This document shows, piece by piece, positions 32,179 to 41,917 of a stretch of DNA of 64,000 bases. The stretch is from Candidatus Marinacidobacterales bacterium (GTDB taxonomy: Bacteria; Acidobacteriota; Vicinamibacteria; Marinacidobacterales; SMYC01), in the NCBI GenBank assembly GCA_965237955.1, contig OZ250169.1, forward strand, positions 4,736,001-4,800,000. Direction: 5' to 3'. The position numbers were made by a program, and so were the translations under genes. The stretch's first letter is position 1. Each line of letters opens with the position of its first letter. The notes under the pieces were generated by a model that saw nothing but the letters and a program-made list of their open reading frames with translations, was not told where the DNA came from and ran no database searches.

Positions 32179-32847
32179 TTAGCGAGCGTCTCGTGGCTCG
32201 TCCGAGTGGACCACGACTTCGACGCCGGACGGGATGGTGAATTGAAAAAGAGACTCAGGAAGATCGATATCTTTCCGAATGTTTTCGAAGATGAACTCGG
32301 TGCGGTTGCGTTGAGCGTCGATGAGGACGACTCGTAACAGCTCACCGGTCTCTGGGTCGACTTCCATCTCCACGTCCTCGAACTCTTCGTGCCGTCTAAT
32401 AGGTATGAGGTGCAGCACCTTGCCCCCGCGTGTCGGCGGCGCATCCGAGGCAAAAAACGCGAAGCTGTCGGTCATACGGCTCCGCCCGGTGAGAAGCTCG
32501 AACGGGGAGCCTTCCCCCATTCCCATCGCCCCTTGCGGGTGATGGCTGACCATGACCTGGTTTTCGATGGGGATGTAGAAGTAGCTCCGGCTTCCGTCGG
32601 TCACGAAGAGCTTTTCCTCCGGGGATTGGTACTCCCACCGCATGCGCCCCGGTTTTTTGACGAAGACGCGACCGCTCTCCTCGACGGCCCTTCTCAAGAT
32701 CTTGCGCTGGTAGCGCTGGGTGAACTCGGCCTCGAAGCCGTCCAGGGCGTCGTAGTGGGCTTCTAGGCGTTCTACTAGGACTTTGATATCAATCTCTGGG
32801 GGCTCGGTGGTGGGTATTGCTAGTAGGGCTACCAGAATGCCGAGCAT
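32179..32847 (-). CDS. lolA: Outer-membrane lipoprotein carrier LolA
   Basis: AEFTQ, ESGRVFVKKPGRMRWEYQSPEEKLFVTDG, FQFTIPSGVEV. Confidence 0.9.
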   Translation of the reverse strand: MLGILVALLAIPTTEPPEIDIKVLVERLEAHYDALDGFEAEFTQRYQRKILRRAVEESGRVFVKKPGRMRWEYQSPEEKLFVTDGSRSYFYIPIENQVMVSHHPQGAMGMGEGSPFELLTGRSRMTDSFAFFASDAPPTRGGKVLHLIPIRRHEEFEDVEMEVDPETGELLRVVLIDAQRNRTEFIFENIRKDIDLPESLFQFTIPSGVEVVVHSDEPRDAR

Positions 32848-33004
32848 AGGCCTATTGTACACACGGTTGGGGGTGTCAAGGGTTAAAGTGGGTTGTGAGG
32901 GGGGGTGTCGAGTCGCGTTGTGGGTTGGGAGTTGCTGGTCCGCCTTCGTCGGTGCGATTGGTGAAGGCTACGGCGGGCATTTTTCGCGGCGAAGCCGCGA
33001 AAAA

Positions 33005-33080
33005 TGGTGGACGGCATGGGGATCGAACCCACGACCTCGGCATTGCGAACGCCGCGCTCTCCCAACTGAGCTAGCCGCCC
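33005..33080 (-). tRNA. tRNA-Ala (anticodon CGC)
   Basis: GGGCGGCTAGCTCAGTTGGGAGAGC..TTCGCAA..GGTTCGATCC..GCCGTCCACCA; G3:U70 pair; encoded CCA. Confidence 0.96.
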
Positions 33081-33175
33081 ACGTGTTGGAGCCAGTAAAA
33101 CCCATCATGCTAACAAGAGCGGTTGCTCCAGGCAAGAGACGGTGAGCTGGGGCGCGAAAAGAGAGAGCTGCCGGC

Positions 33176-33697
33176 TCACGGTTTCATCACGAGTGTCGAG
33201 CACACCGTGATGGGTTTGCCGTCGAGTGTTTGCGGCTCGTATCTCCATTGTCGAACCGCGTCGAGAATCGCTTGTTCGGCCTCGGGCCAACGCGGCTCGG
33301 ATGCGTGCACGATCGTGGCCTCGAGCACCGCGCCAAAGGGGCCGATCAGTATCTCTGCGTGGATCTCGGAGGATGCTTCTGGCCTGTCGCCGGGAATCAT
33401 GACGTCGGTGTGCGACGTCTTGACCGGCATCGGTAACCCCCCGACTCCGGCGAGGTGCGGGTTGGGCACATCGTCTTTCTGCCACGCGCTCGACCACGAG
33501 CATGGGCCGAGGGGCGCCGGCGCCACCCTGCGCTCAGCCGGGAGGGTCTGGACCTCCTCACCATCGATCGAAGCCGTCTCCAAAAGCTCTTCACCGGGAG
33601 CGGGTTTTTCAACGGGAACCGGCGTTTTTCGTCCGTCGCTCGCCGGGCGACAGTTCGCGAGGGAAATCGCGATGAGAAAGGAAGCGAAGCGCACCAT
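33176..33697 (-). CDS. TonB C-terminal domain protein, possible lipoprotein
   Basis: LANC lipobox-like; AILDAVRQWRYEPQTLDGKPI. Confidence 0.75.
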   Translation of the reverse strand: MVRFASFLIAISLANCRPASDGRKTPVPVEKPAPGEELLETASIDGEEVQTLPAERRVAPAPLGPCSWSSAWQKDDVPNPHLAGVGGLPMPVKTSHTDVMIPGDRPEASSEIHAEILIGPFGAVLEATIVHASEPRWPEAEQAILDAVRQWRYEPQTLDGKPITVCSTLVMKP

Positions 33698-33799
33698 GTT
33701 CCGTGTTCACTGTAGCGTCGAGCGACATTGTAGTCTCGCAAGCGGACACGGGCAAAGCCGGCGGGTTCGATGTGGAAGTGTTGATCTCGACTGTTTGAG

Positions 33800-33889
33800 C
33801 TCCTGGCTGTCGTTGCCGTTGTCGCGTGCTTCGTCCCGGCGCGACGGGCGATTCGCATCCAGGCCGTCGACGCGCTACGACACGAGTAG
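33800..33889 (+). pseudogene. 3' remnant of a MacB/ADOP-type ABC permease
   Basis: Translates LLAVVAVVACFVPARRAIRIQAVDALRHE*, the typical C-terminus of this family; no upstream body. Confidence 0.7.
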
Positions 33890-35068
33890 TTTCATCGCGA
33901 CGTCGAGCCCGTCGGCAACACCGTCCGTGTTTGGCCCGCCGCCTTGGGCGATCTCCGGTGAGCCGCCGCCGCGTCCGTCTACGGCTTCGACCGCATCGCG
34001 GAGGAGCGCGCCCATGTCGGCATCGGTGTTGTCAGAGCGGGCGAAAACCAAGTGTGCGCGCCCGTCGGCAACCGAACCGAGGAGAATGATGCGACCGGGT
34101 TTCGCGACGAGCTTTTGTGCTAGAGCGCGAAGCTCGCCGGGGCCAAGCTCGGCGGCTTCCTTGACGAGAACCGAGCGACCGCCAACGTCCGTTGCTTCGT
34201 CCATCCACGATTCGGCGTCGGTGAGCAACACTTGGTTCTTGAGCCGGCGAAGCTCTTTCCCCATCGACTTGCGATCGTGCTGGAGCTTCGTTGCGGTGTC
34301 GACGAGCGCGGCCTCGGAGCTACTCAGAACGCTGGCGAGTGATCGGATTCTCGCTACCGTGTCCCGGTAATCGACAAGAGCACGCTCGCCACAGAGAAAC
34401 TCGACGCGCGTTCCGTCCTTGAACTTCTCGAAGCTCCGGACGACGATCGGAGAGACTTCACCGCTCGAGTGTGGGTGGGTGCCGCAGCACGCTTGGCAGT
34501 CGAAGCCTTGCACTTCGACGATGCGCAAGTTCTCGCCTTCGGGAGGTGGCTTCCTGAGCTTGAGCTCGCGCGCCTCGTCGCAGGTCACGAAACTGCTGCG
34601 AATGGGAACGCCGCGCCGGGCTACCGCGTTCGCCGCCCGCTCGGCACGCTCGATATCGTCTCGGCTCAGAGGTGATTTATCCAGGTCGATGGTCGAAACC
34701 TTCGCGCCCAGGTGGAACGACATCGTCTCGGCGTCCGCTTCGTGAACGAACGCGGCGGACAGAATGTGCTGGCCCGAATGTTGTTGCATGTGATCGTGGC
34801 GGCGCGCGGCGTCGATCTCGCAGTGAACGCGCGACCTCTCGGGTAGTCGCTCGACGAAGTGGAGTACGGCGTCGTCCTCGGTCTCGACGATTCTCGTGAT
34901 CGGCACACCGTCGATGGTCCCGAGGTCGAAGGGCTGGCCGCCGGACTCGGGATAGAAGTAGGTTTCCTCGAAGATCACGGCAGGTCCTTCGTCAGTCTCA
35001 CGCGTCTCGATGATGTCGGCATCGAACGACGTGACGTAAGGGTCGTGCAAATAGAGTCGTTTCGTCAT
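33875..35068 (-). CDS. Alanyl-tRNA editing protein (AlaX-like) with DHHA1 domain
   Basis: FYPESGGQPFD, QQHSGQHILS, CCGTH, GRGGGS..AQGGG; near tRNA-Ala. Confidence 0.92.
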   Translation of the reverse strand: MTKRLYLHDPYVTSFDADIIETRETDEGPAVIFEETYFYPESGGQPFDLGTIDGVPITRIVETEDDAVLHFVERLPERSRVHCEIDAARRHDHMQQHSGQHILSAAFVHEADAETMSFHLGAKVSTIDLDKSPLSRDDIERAERAANAVARRGVPIRSSFVTCDEARELKLRKPPPEGENLRIVEVQGFDCQACCGTHPHSSGEVSPIVVRSFEKFKDGTRVEFLCGERALVDYRDTVARIRSLASVLSSSEAALVDTATKLQHDRKSMGKELRRLKNQVLLTDAESWMDEATDVGGRSVLVKEAAELGPGELRALAQKLVAKPGRIILLGSVADGRAHLVFARSDNTDADMGALLRDAVEAVDGRGGGSPEIAQGGGPNTDGVADGLDVAMKLLVS

Positions 35069-35128
35069 GCAAGGTACTCTACCGGTGATTCTTGGTTGCG
35101 GCTTCGCTGCGTGGTGTTTTCGTCTCTT

Positions 35129-35686
35129 CTACACGGTCATGAGCTCTTGCTCTTTGTTCTTCACGATCTCGTCCACTTTCTTGACGTGAGCGTCGGTCAC
35201 ATCTTGCACGTCCTTCAGCGCCCGCTTTTCGTCGTCTTCGGAGATCTCTTTGTCCTTGAGCATCTTCTTCAGCCGATCGTTCACATCGCGGCGCACTTGC
35301 CGGACGGCGGTTCGTCCCTCTTCCGCCATTTTGCCCACGTGTTTCACCAGCATCTTGCGGCGCTCTTCCGTGAGAGGCGGAATCGGGATGCGGAGAATCT
35401 TGCCATCGTTCGCCGGGTTCAGATCGAGATCGGAAGACAGGATCGCCTTTTCGACGACCTCGAGCATGGGAGGCTCCCACGGCTGGACGGTAATGAGGTT
35501 GGCCTCGGGCACGGCAAGGGTGGCGACCTGATTGAGCGGCGTCGGCGTGCCGTAGTAGTCCACTTTGACCCCGTCGAGAATCGAGAGCGAGGCGCGACCG
35601 GTGCGAACCGACGCAAGCTCTTGGCGCAGGTGCTCGAGGGATTTGTCCATACGCCGCTTGGCGTCATCCATGAGCTCTTTGACCAT
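35129..35686 (-). CDS. frr: Ribosome recycling factor
   Basis: RTGRAS, YYGTPTPLNQVA, PPLTEERRK. Confidence 0.98.
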   Translation of the reverse strand: MVKELMDDAKRRMDKSLEHLRQELASVRTGRASLSILDGVKVDYYGTPTPLNQVATLAVPEANLITVQPWEPPMLEVVEKAILSSDLDLNPANDGKILRIPIPPLTEERRKMLVKHVGKMAEEGRTAVRQVRRDVNDRLKKMLKDKEISEDDEKRALKDVQDVTDAHVKKVDEIVKNKEQELMTV

Positions 35687-35703
35687 CGGAAATCTCCTTC
35701 ACT

Positions 35704-36420
35704 TCACTCGACCCGGGTGCCGATCTTGTCACCGCTCACGACGCGCTTCATGTTCCCCGGCTTGTTGACGTCGAACACGATGATCGGAAGCGAGTTGTCC
35801 AGACACAGTGAGATTGCGGTGGTGTCCATGACCTTGAGGCCTCTTTCGAGCACTTCCATGTAAGTGATGTGCTCGATGAACTCGGCGGACGGATCTTTCT
35901 CCGGGTCGGCGGAGTAGATGCCCGACACCCGGGTCCCCTTGAGGATGATTTCCGCTTTGATCTCCATCGCCCGGAGTGCGGCCGCGGTGTCGGTCGAGAA
36001 GTAGGGGTTCCCGGTGCCGGCGGCGAAGATCACCAGCCGGCCCTTCTCCAGGTGGCGCATCGCGCGGCGCCGGATGAAGGGCTCCGCGATCTCCCGCATC
36101 TCGATGGCCGACATGACCCGGGTGCGCGTCCCGAGCTTTTCGAGAGCATCCTGAAGCGCGACCGCGTTGATCACCGTCGCGAGCATCCCCATATGGTCGG
36201 CAGCGACGCGGTCCATGCCGCGAGCGGACGGCGCTACGCCGCGGAAGATGTTGCCGCCACCGATGACCACGGCGGTCTCGGTACCGAGCGCGTGGACCTG
36301 ATGGAGCTCTTCCGCCATGGCCAACGCGACGTCCGGATCGATGCCGAAGGACTTTGCGCCCATGAGAACTTCCCCGGAAAGCTTTACCAGAACGCGCTTG
36401 AAAGCAGGCCTATCCTTCAT
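35704..36420 (-). CDS. pyrH: UMP kinase
   Basis: [24 protein letters not shown]. Confidence 0.98.
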   Translation of the reverse strand: MKDRPAFKRVLVKLSGEVLMGAKSFGIDPDVALAMAEELHQVHALGTETAVVIGGGNIFRGVAPSARGMDRVAADHMGMLATVINAVALQDALEKLGTRTRVMSAIEMREIAEPFIRRRAMRHLEKGRLVIFAAGTGNPYFSTDTAAALRAMEIKAEIILKGTRVSGIYSADPEKDPSAEFIEHITYMEVLERGLKVMDTTAISLCLDNSLPIIVFDVNKPGNMKRVVSGDKIGTRVE

Positions 36421-36469
36421 GCGGCCAGGAGAGTACTAGCAGGGCGCGGAGAAAAGCAACCTCGGAAAA

Positions 36470-37081
36470 CTACATCGCTTCGCCGCGCTCGTAGCGGACG
36501 AAGCGCCGGACCTGGATGTTCTCTTTGATGATCGCGATCTTGGACTTCAAGTACTCGTCGACCGTCTGATCGGGATTCTTGATGAACGGTTGATCCATGA
36601 GCACGTTCTCGGAGAAGAACTTCGCGAGCCTGCCTTCGACGATCTTCTCGACCACGTTGGCCGGCTTGCCGGCGGCCTCGGCCTGACTCTTGAGGATGTC
36701 ACGCTCCTTGTCGAGCGCGTCGTCGGGAACCTCGTCTCGGCGGACCCAGCGCGCAGAGGCTGGGGACGCGGCCGCCACTTGCATCGCGATGTCCCGGACG
36801 AGCTCCTTGAACTCGTCGGTGTTGGCGACGAAGTCGGTCTCGCAGTTCACTTCGATGAGGACGCCGACGCGGCCTCCGGTGTGAATGTAAGACCCGATCG
36901 CGCCCTCGCTCGTCGAGCGCCCGGCTTTTTTTTCCGCCGCCGCTTGCCCTTTCTTGCGGAGGATGATGACCGCTTCTTCTAGATTGCCGTCGGCCTCCTG
37001 GAGCGCTTTCTTGCACTCCATCAGCCCCGAGCCGGTCTTCTCCCGGAGCTCTTTGACTTGCTGCGCGGATATCGTGCCCAT
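36470..37081 (-). CDS. tsf: Elongation factor Ts (short form)
   Basis: VKELREKTGSGLMECKKAL, NCETDFVA. Confidence 0.97.
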   Translation of the reverse strand: MGTISAQQVKELREKTGSGLMECKKALQEADGNLEEAVIILRKKGQAAAEKKAGRSTSEGAIGSYIHTGGRVGVLIEVNCETDFVANTDEFKELVRDIAMQVAAASPASARWVRRDEVPDDALDKERDILKSQAEAAGKPANVVEKIVEGRLAKFFSENVLMDQPFIKNPDQTVDEYLKSKIAIIKENIQVRRFVRYERGEAM

Positions 37082-37124
37082 GATTCTGCCTCTTTCAGAA
37101 ATAGAAGAGCGCCCGCGGGACGAG

Positions 37125-37160
37125 CCCTCCGCCTTCGCCAAGGCTACGGCGGACAAGCCC
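37125..37160. repeat. REP-like palindrome between rpsB and tsf
   Basis: TCCGCC-TTCGCCAAGGCTAC-GGCGGA-CAAG stem-loop. Confidence 0.55.
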
Positions 37161-37201
37161 CTCAAGAGCGCAAATCGATAAAAAAGCGAGTCAGTGCCGG
37201 C

Positions 37202-38083
37202 CTAGGCGGGATGAGGTGTGGCTGGTGCCGTCTCTTCTTGAGCAGGCTGAGCCGGGTCGTCGCCCGGTTTCTGAGGCTCGGCGCTCTCGACCTTAGCGTC
37301 GTCTCCTGCAGGTCCTGCGGACTGGTTCTTGTCCGTTTTGTCCGTCGTCGGGCCAGGTTCGTCATCCGGCGTCGCGGCGGCTTCCGGCGTCACCGCCTTG
37401 GACATGTCCCGGCCCGCAATCACCGCGTCCGCGATGCGGGAGGTGAAGAGCTTGATCGCTCGGAGCGCGTCGTCGTTGCCGGGAATCACGTAGTCGACCA
37501 CGTCGGGGTCGCAGTTCGTATCCACGATGCCGATGATGGGAATGCCGAGCTTGCGGGCCTCGTGCACCGCGATTTCTTCCCGATTGGCGTCGACGACGAA
37601 GACGGCGTGCGGAAGCCCGCCCATGTCCAGGATCCCTCGCAAGTTCTTGTCGAGCCGCTTGCGCTCTTTGTCGAGCCGCGAGAGCTCCTTCTTGGACAGC
37701 TCCTCGAAACGTCCTTCCTCCATCATCGCCGTGAGCTCGCGCAACCGCGCGATGCTCTTTTCGATCGTCACGAAGTTCGTCAGCAGACCGCCAAGCCATC
37801 GCTGGTTGACGTAGAACATGCCGGCGCGTTGAGCCTCCTCGGCAACAACCTCCTGGGCCTGTCGCTTCGTTCCGATGAAGAGGATCTTCTTGCCCTCTAC
37901 CCCGAGCTGGGTGGCGAACTTGAGAGCCTCCTTGAATAGCCTCAGCGTCTTCTGAAGGTCGACGATATAGATACCGTTGCGTTCGCCGAAGATGTACTCG
38001 CGCATCTTCGGGTTCCAGCGCTTCGTCTGGTGCCCGAAGTGCACGCCCGCTTCGAGCAGTTCTTTCATCGTAATCGAAGACAA
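37202..38083 (-). CDS. rpsB: 30S ribosomal protein S2
   Basis: [28 protein letters not shown]; TTG start after GAGGAGG. Confidence 0.98.
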   Translation of the reverse strand: MSSITMKELLEAGVHFGHQTKRWNPKMREYIFGERNGIYIVDLQKTLRLFKEALKFATQLGVEGKKILFIGTKRQAQEVVAEEAQRAGMFYVNQRWLGGLLTNFVTIEKSIARLRELTAMMEEGRFEELSKKELSRLDKERKRLDKNLRGILDMGGLPHAVFVVDANREEIAVHEARKLGIPIIGIVDTNCDPDVVDYVIPGNDDALRAIKLFTSRIADAVIAGRDMSKAVTPEAAATPDDEPGPTTDKTDKNQSAGPAGDDAKVESAEPQKPGDDPAQPAQEETAPATPHPA

Positions 38084-38093
38084 AAAATCCTCC

Positions 38094-38495
38094 TCACCGC
38101 TTGGAGTACTGGAATCGCTTGCGGGCGCCAGGCTGGCCGTACTTCTTGCGCTCTTTGATGCGTGCATCACGCGTCAAGAAACCACCCTTTTTGAGTCTGC
38201 CTCGAAGCTCTTGGTTGAAATCACAGAGGGCGCGGCTGATGCCGAGTCGCAAGGCCCAGGCCTGCCCCGTCGAGCCGCCGCCCGCAATGTGTGCATAGAT
38301 ATCGAATTTTTCCGAGGACTCGGTCAAAGCGAGCGGCTGCTTGAGAATCATCTTCAGGGCGTCGCTCGGAAAGTAGTCTTCTATGGTGCGCTTGTTGATG
38401 GTGATCTGCCCGCTTCCGGGCCTGAGATACACACGCGCGATCGACGACTTGCGCTTACCGGTGCCGTAGTACTGAATCTTGTTGGAAGTTGCCAA
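38094..38495 (-). CDS. rpsI: 30S ribosomal protein S9
   Basis: [31 protein letters not shown]. Confidence 0.98.
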   Translation of the reverse strand: MATSNKIQYYGTGKRKSSIARVYLRPGSGQITINKRTIEDYFPSDALKMILKQPLALTESSEKFDIYAHIAGGGSTGQAWALRLGISRALCDFNQELRGRLKKGGFLTRDARIKERKKYGQPGARKRFQYSKR

Positions 38496-38590
38496 AGTCC
38501 TTCGAGCTCCTTCTAGTTAGCGGAGAAAGCCGTCATCGCTGGGCCGCGGTTCGAGCCGGGCACGCGACGATCGGGAAGGCATAAACAAGC

Positions 38591-39037
38591 TTAGCGGGGT
38601 ACGCGAGTTTTTAACTCGAGCGGGGCGGGCTTTTGGGCCTCATGGGGATGCTCGGATCCCTTGTAGACCTTCAGCTTTTTGAATTGTGCTCGTCCGAGAC
38701 GATTTTTCGGCAGCATGCCACGGACGGCGGCTTCGATGAGGCGCTCGGGGTGCGTGGCCCGGAGCTTTTCTGGACGAGTCTCACGAATACCGCCCGGATA
38801 GCCCGTGTGACGGAAATACGCCTTGTCCTGCTCTTTGTTGCCCGTCAGGATGATTTTCTCGGCGTTGATGACGATGATGTGATCGCCGGTGTCGAGAAAC
38901 GGTGCGTATTCAGGCTTGTCTTTGCCCGTCAAAACACGGGCTATGCGGCTTGCGAGGCGACCTAGCACTTGACCTTCCGCATTGACGACATGCCACGCGC
39001 GGTGGACATCAACTTTCTTGATGAACGTGGTCGCCAA
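38591..39037 (-). CDS. rplM: 50S ribosomal protein L13
   Basis: [32 protein letters not shown]; TTG start after AGGAGG. Confidence 0.98.
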   Translation of the reverse strand: MATTFIKKVDVHRAWHVVNAEGQVLGRLASRIARVLTGKDKPEYAPFLDTGDHIIVINAEKIILTGNKEQDKAYFRHTGYPGGIRETRPEKLRATHPERLIEAAVRGMLPKNRLGRAQFKKLKVYKGSEHPHEAQKPAPLELKTRVPR

Positions 39038-39054
39038 AGGGCCTCCTGTGATCA

Positions 39055-39121
39055 GAAAAAAATAATGGGCGACGCAAATCGCCCAAACGTATAATTTAAG
39101 TATCGTTACGAGAATTGTCAA
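39055..39121 (-). promoter_or_regulatory. rplM promoter plus terminator-like leader hairpin
   Basis: Minus strand: TTGACA-17 nt-TAAATT, then hairpin TGGGCGA/TCGCCCA followed by a T-rich tract, upstream of the RBS. Confidence 0.6.
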
Positions 39122-39397
39122 GGGAAAAAACCGGCTCCGCCCGCGCCAGTGACCGACGGATGCTGCGAACGCATCTAACAGAGAATAGGCAGAATATAGG
39201 CAAACCGAGGCGATGTTTCGCTTCCGCAGTCACGCATTATCAGTAGCTGTTCAAGTATTTCTTTAGGGCGGTCACGGCCTTTCGCCTGCCTCTGAGGGCG
39301 CTTTCTCCCCAAAAAACAAAAAAAGTGTCAACGCCGGCCGAAAACTGCGCATTCATGGCGGATGAAAATTGCACACCCGAGCCATGGGTGGCGAACC

Positions 39398-40225
39398 CTA
39401 TGACGCCGTCGCCTCCGTGTATTTCCTATGAGATTTAGCCGGCGGGTGAGGTTCGTCCGAACCCGCCGGATGGAGCGCTCGCCACAGTTCGGAGTGCTCT
39501 CTCATGCGGTAACTGTTTCCTCGGATGTTGACGAGGTGGCAGTGGTGCAGAATGCGGTCGATGAGAGCGGCGGCCATGACTTCGTCGCCAAGGATCTCGC
39601 CCCATTCCTCGAAACTTTTGTTAGAGGTGAGCACGGTCGAAGCGCGCTCGTATCGCCTACTTATGAGCTGGAAAAAAAGCACCGCGCCGGTCTGGGTGAC
39701 GGGTAGGTATCCGATTTCATCGACAACAAGCAGTGACGGATAACTGAGAACCGCGAGTCGACGAGTGAGGCGGCCCGCGTCACGAGCCTCTTCGAGGGAG
39801 GTGATGAGCTCAGCCAGGGTGCCGTAATAGACGCGCCGTCCATTCTGGGCAGCGGCGATGGCAAGATGAGTTTTGCCCACACCAGTAGGTCCCAATAAGA
39901 CGACGTTCTCCTTACGTTCAACGAACCCGAGCTCGTGAAGGTTCTCAATCTGCTCGCGTTTGATCGATGGCTGGAACGAAAAATCGAACTCATCGATTGT
40001 TTTGACCGCGGGGAGTCGTGAGGAGCGCATCGCCGCTTGGAGACGACGGTTGTTTCTCAACGTGATCTGCGCTCCAAGAAGGTTCTCGATGGCCTCCGCC
40101 GTTGTGACCGCACCGCCATCGGCATCAGATAGTACGCGGTCGACAGCTTCGAGCGCGCCAGGTATCTTTAGGTCGGCCAGCATCGTACGGATCTGCTCAC
40201 GTCGCGATATTGTGCTCGCTTTCAT
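39398..40225 (-). CDS. istB: IS21 helper ATPase
   Basis: FDFSFQP, GPTGVGKTHLA, VDEIGYLP, TSNKSF, DRILHH, GNSYR. Confidence 0.95.
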   Translation of the reverse strand: MKASTISRREQIRTMLADLKIPGALEAVDRVLSDADGGAVTTAEAIENLLGAQITLRNNRRLQAAMRSSRLPAVKTIDEFDFSFQPSIKREQIENLHELGFVERKENVVLLGPTGVGKTHLAIAAAQNGRRVYYGTLAELITSLEEARDAGRLTRRLAVLSYPSLLVVDEIGYLPVTQTGAVLFFQLISRRYERASTVLTSNKSFEEWGEILGDEVMAAALIDRILHHCHLVNIRGNSYRMREHSELWRALHPAGSDEPHPPAKSHRKYTEATAS

Positions 40226-41277
40226 TGTCCACCTCCAACGAGCCGCGTGTAGACTTCGAGGGGACGATGCTCGACATCCATCGAAGGCAGTGTGGTTAAG
40301 CAGGCTTTTGGAGTTCTTCTCGCGGGTTGGTTTGGCAGTACAAGAGAGCGATATGGCCGCTCAACGAGCGGTCTCAGAGTGGCCCTTTCATCGCGCGCGA
40401 ATCGTTCTATCGGTCGTTCGTTGGTTGTGCGATGGAGTCGGACGTTGGCGACGTCACTCAGCCAACGCTCGAGCTGAGCATCGAGGTTGTCATCGTTGAT
40501 AAAGTGGCGACCGTAGAAGAAGCTTCCTCTCACATAGCGGATTGGCCTTTCCACTTTGCCCTTGGTCTTCGCCCGATACGGGCGACACGCTCTTGTTCGA
40601 AACTCCCAGTGGTGGGCGAAGCGGACGAACTCTGGGTTCTCAACGAGAGGGCCACCTTCCCGGCGGTGATCCTCGACGATGACCGAACGCATCTGGTCAA
40701 AAAGGAGCTCTTTGGGAACTCCTCCAAAAAATAGGAAGGCCTGCTCAAGCCCCGCGAACAACGTCCGCATGTCCTGTCGCTTGAAAAACCGAAGCCATAG
40801 CAGCCTCGAGTATCCGAGCACCACGAGAAGTGCCCACCGACGACCCCATGGCAAACGAAAGTGTGCAAAATCGACCTGAGCTTGGTGGCCTGGTGAGGTC
40901 TCGAAACGCACCAGCGGCTCCGCCGGTGGCTGTGGGCGAATCTGCCGCACGTACTCCTTGACCTGCGTGTAGCCGCCTTCATAGCCCGCGGCACGGATCT
41001 CATCATGCAGGCGTACTGAACTCAGCTCCGGGAACTCGTGCAGGCGCGAATGAAGGATCTCCCGGTACGGGTCGATCCTGCGCTCGATCCGCGGACGCTT
41101 CTTGTAGCGCACCGTTTCCTCGTCCAACTCTCGGTCCAGTTGACCCGTCTTTATCCAGTGGTGGACCGTTCGGCGGCTGATTCCTAGCTTGTCTGCTAGC
41201 GCCGCCTTCTTGATTCCCTGCTCCAAATACTCTCGTAGTAGCACTCGTTTCTCCCTTCCGTACATCGGCGCCTCCAC
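40222..41277 (-). CDS. istA: IS21 transposase
   Basis: HTH, RFETSPGHQAQVDF, LGYSR, PYRAKTKGKVER. Confidence 0.95.
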   Translation of the reverse strand: MEAPMYGREKRVLLREYLEQGIKKAALADKLGISRRTVHHWIKTGQLDRELDEETVRYKKRPRIERRIDPYREILHSRLHEFPELSSVRLHDEIRAAGYEGGYTQVKEYVRQIRPQPPAEPLVRFETSPGHQAQVDFAHFRLPWGRRWALLVVLGYSRLLWLRFFKRQDMRTLFAGLEQAFLFFGGVPKELLFDQMRSVIVEDHRREGGPLVENPEFVRFAHHWEFRTRACRPYRAKTKGKVERPIRYVRGSFFYGRHFINDDNLDAQLERWLSDVANVRLHRTTNERPIERFARDERATLRPLVERPYRSLVLPNQPARRTPKACLTTLPSMDVEHRPLEVYTRLVGGGQ

Positions 41278-41551
41278 TCCGGAAACGCCATTCTGATTGA
41301 AGGCGCGCCGTCATGTCTGGCACTCCAGACACACGACAACGGCCTCCTTTTACGGATGGCCGAGTGTGCAATTTTCGTCCGCCATAAGTGTGCAATTTAC
41401 GCCCGCCGCTAACAAAAAGGTGCGATTTCGAAGTTTCACAATGGCCCAAGATGTGGTGGAGGCTTCACGGGTGGCCCCCTTTCTGTTGAGGTCTAGGCCG
41501 GATAATGGGGTCGAGGAGCCTCACAATGAGGGGAAAACCCACCAAAAAGGA

Positions 41552-41649
41552 TTGACGAAACTCGAACCATATCTCATAATAACTTGAAGAATCCAAAATA
41601 GTTGTGGCCGTTTTTTTGCTTGACATCCAGTTTCTTTATACCGTAGGCT
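41552..41649 (+). promoter_or_regulatory. Two tandem sigma70-like promoters upstream of pilM
   Basis: TTGACG-17 nt-CATAAT (from 41552) and TTGACA-18 nt-TAGGCT (from 41620). Confidence 0.5.
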
Positions 41650-41717
41650 CATAAAGCACTTTAACATTTTCCAGGTAAGTATCGCTGACGACAAGTTGAG
41701 TTTGGGAGCTTGGACCC

Positions 41718-41917
41718 ATGGGTCTTTTCAGTAAGCACAAAAATCTCGTCGGGCTTGACATCGGATCGAGCTCGGTCAAGGCAGTCGAGATGAAGCCCGG
41801 AAAGGGCGAGACCTGGCAACTCACCACAATCGGGCTCGAGTATCTACCTCAAGAGGCCATCGTGGACGGCCAGATCATGGACTCCACCTCGGTCATCGAT
41901 GCCATCCAGCGACTGAT
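41718..41917 (+). pseudogene. pilM: Type IV pilus PilM, only the first ~66 codons
   Basis: VGLDIGSSSVKAVEM..LPQEAIVDGQIMDSTSVIDAIQRL, then similarity stops abruptly. Confidence 0.88.

Larger units (their letters stand above)
39326..41414 (-). mobile_element. IS21-family element
   Basis: TGT..ACA termini, two subterminal repeats per end (GAAAATTGCACA-like), 5-bp target duplication AAAAG (39321-25 / 41415-19), istA-istB. Confidence 0.93.

Noticed and set aside
32159-32453. N-terminal extension of the secretin ORF (676 aa)
   Set aside because: Overlaps lolA; the signal peptide and lipobox begin at 32158.
33123-34370. 415-aa + strand ORF
   Set aside because: Antisense shadow of the AlaX and TonB-C genes; Ser/Arg-rich with no domain.
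39195-39240. GGCAAACC resembling the start of a c-di-GMP-I riboswitch
   Set aside because: The GNRA-capped stem and second hairpin motif do not follow.
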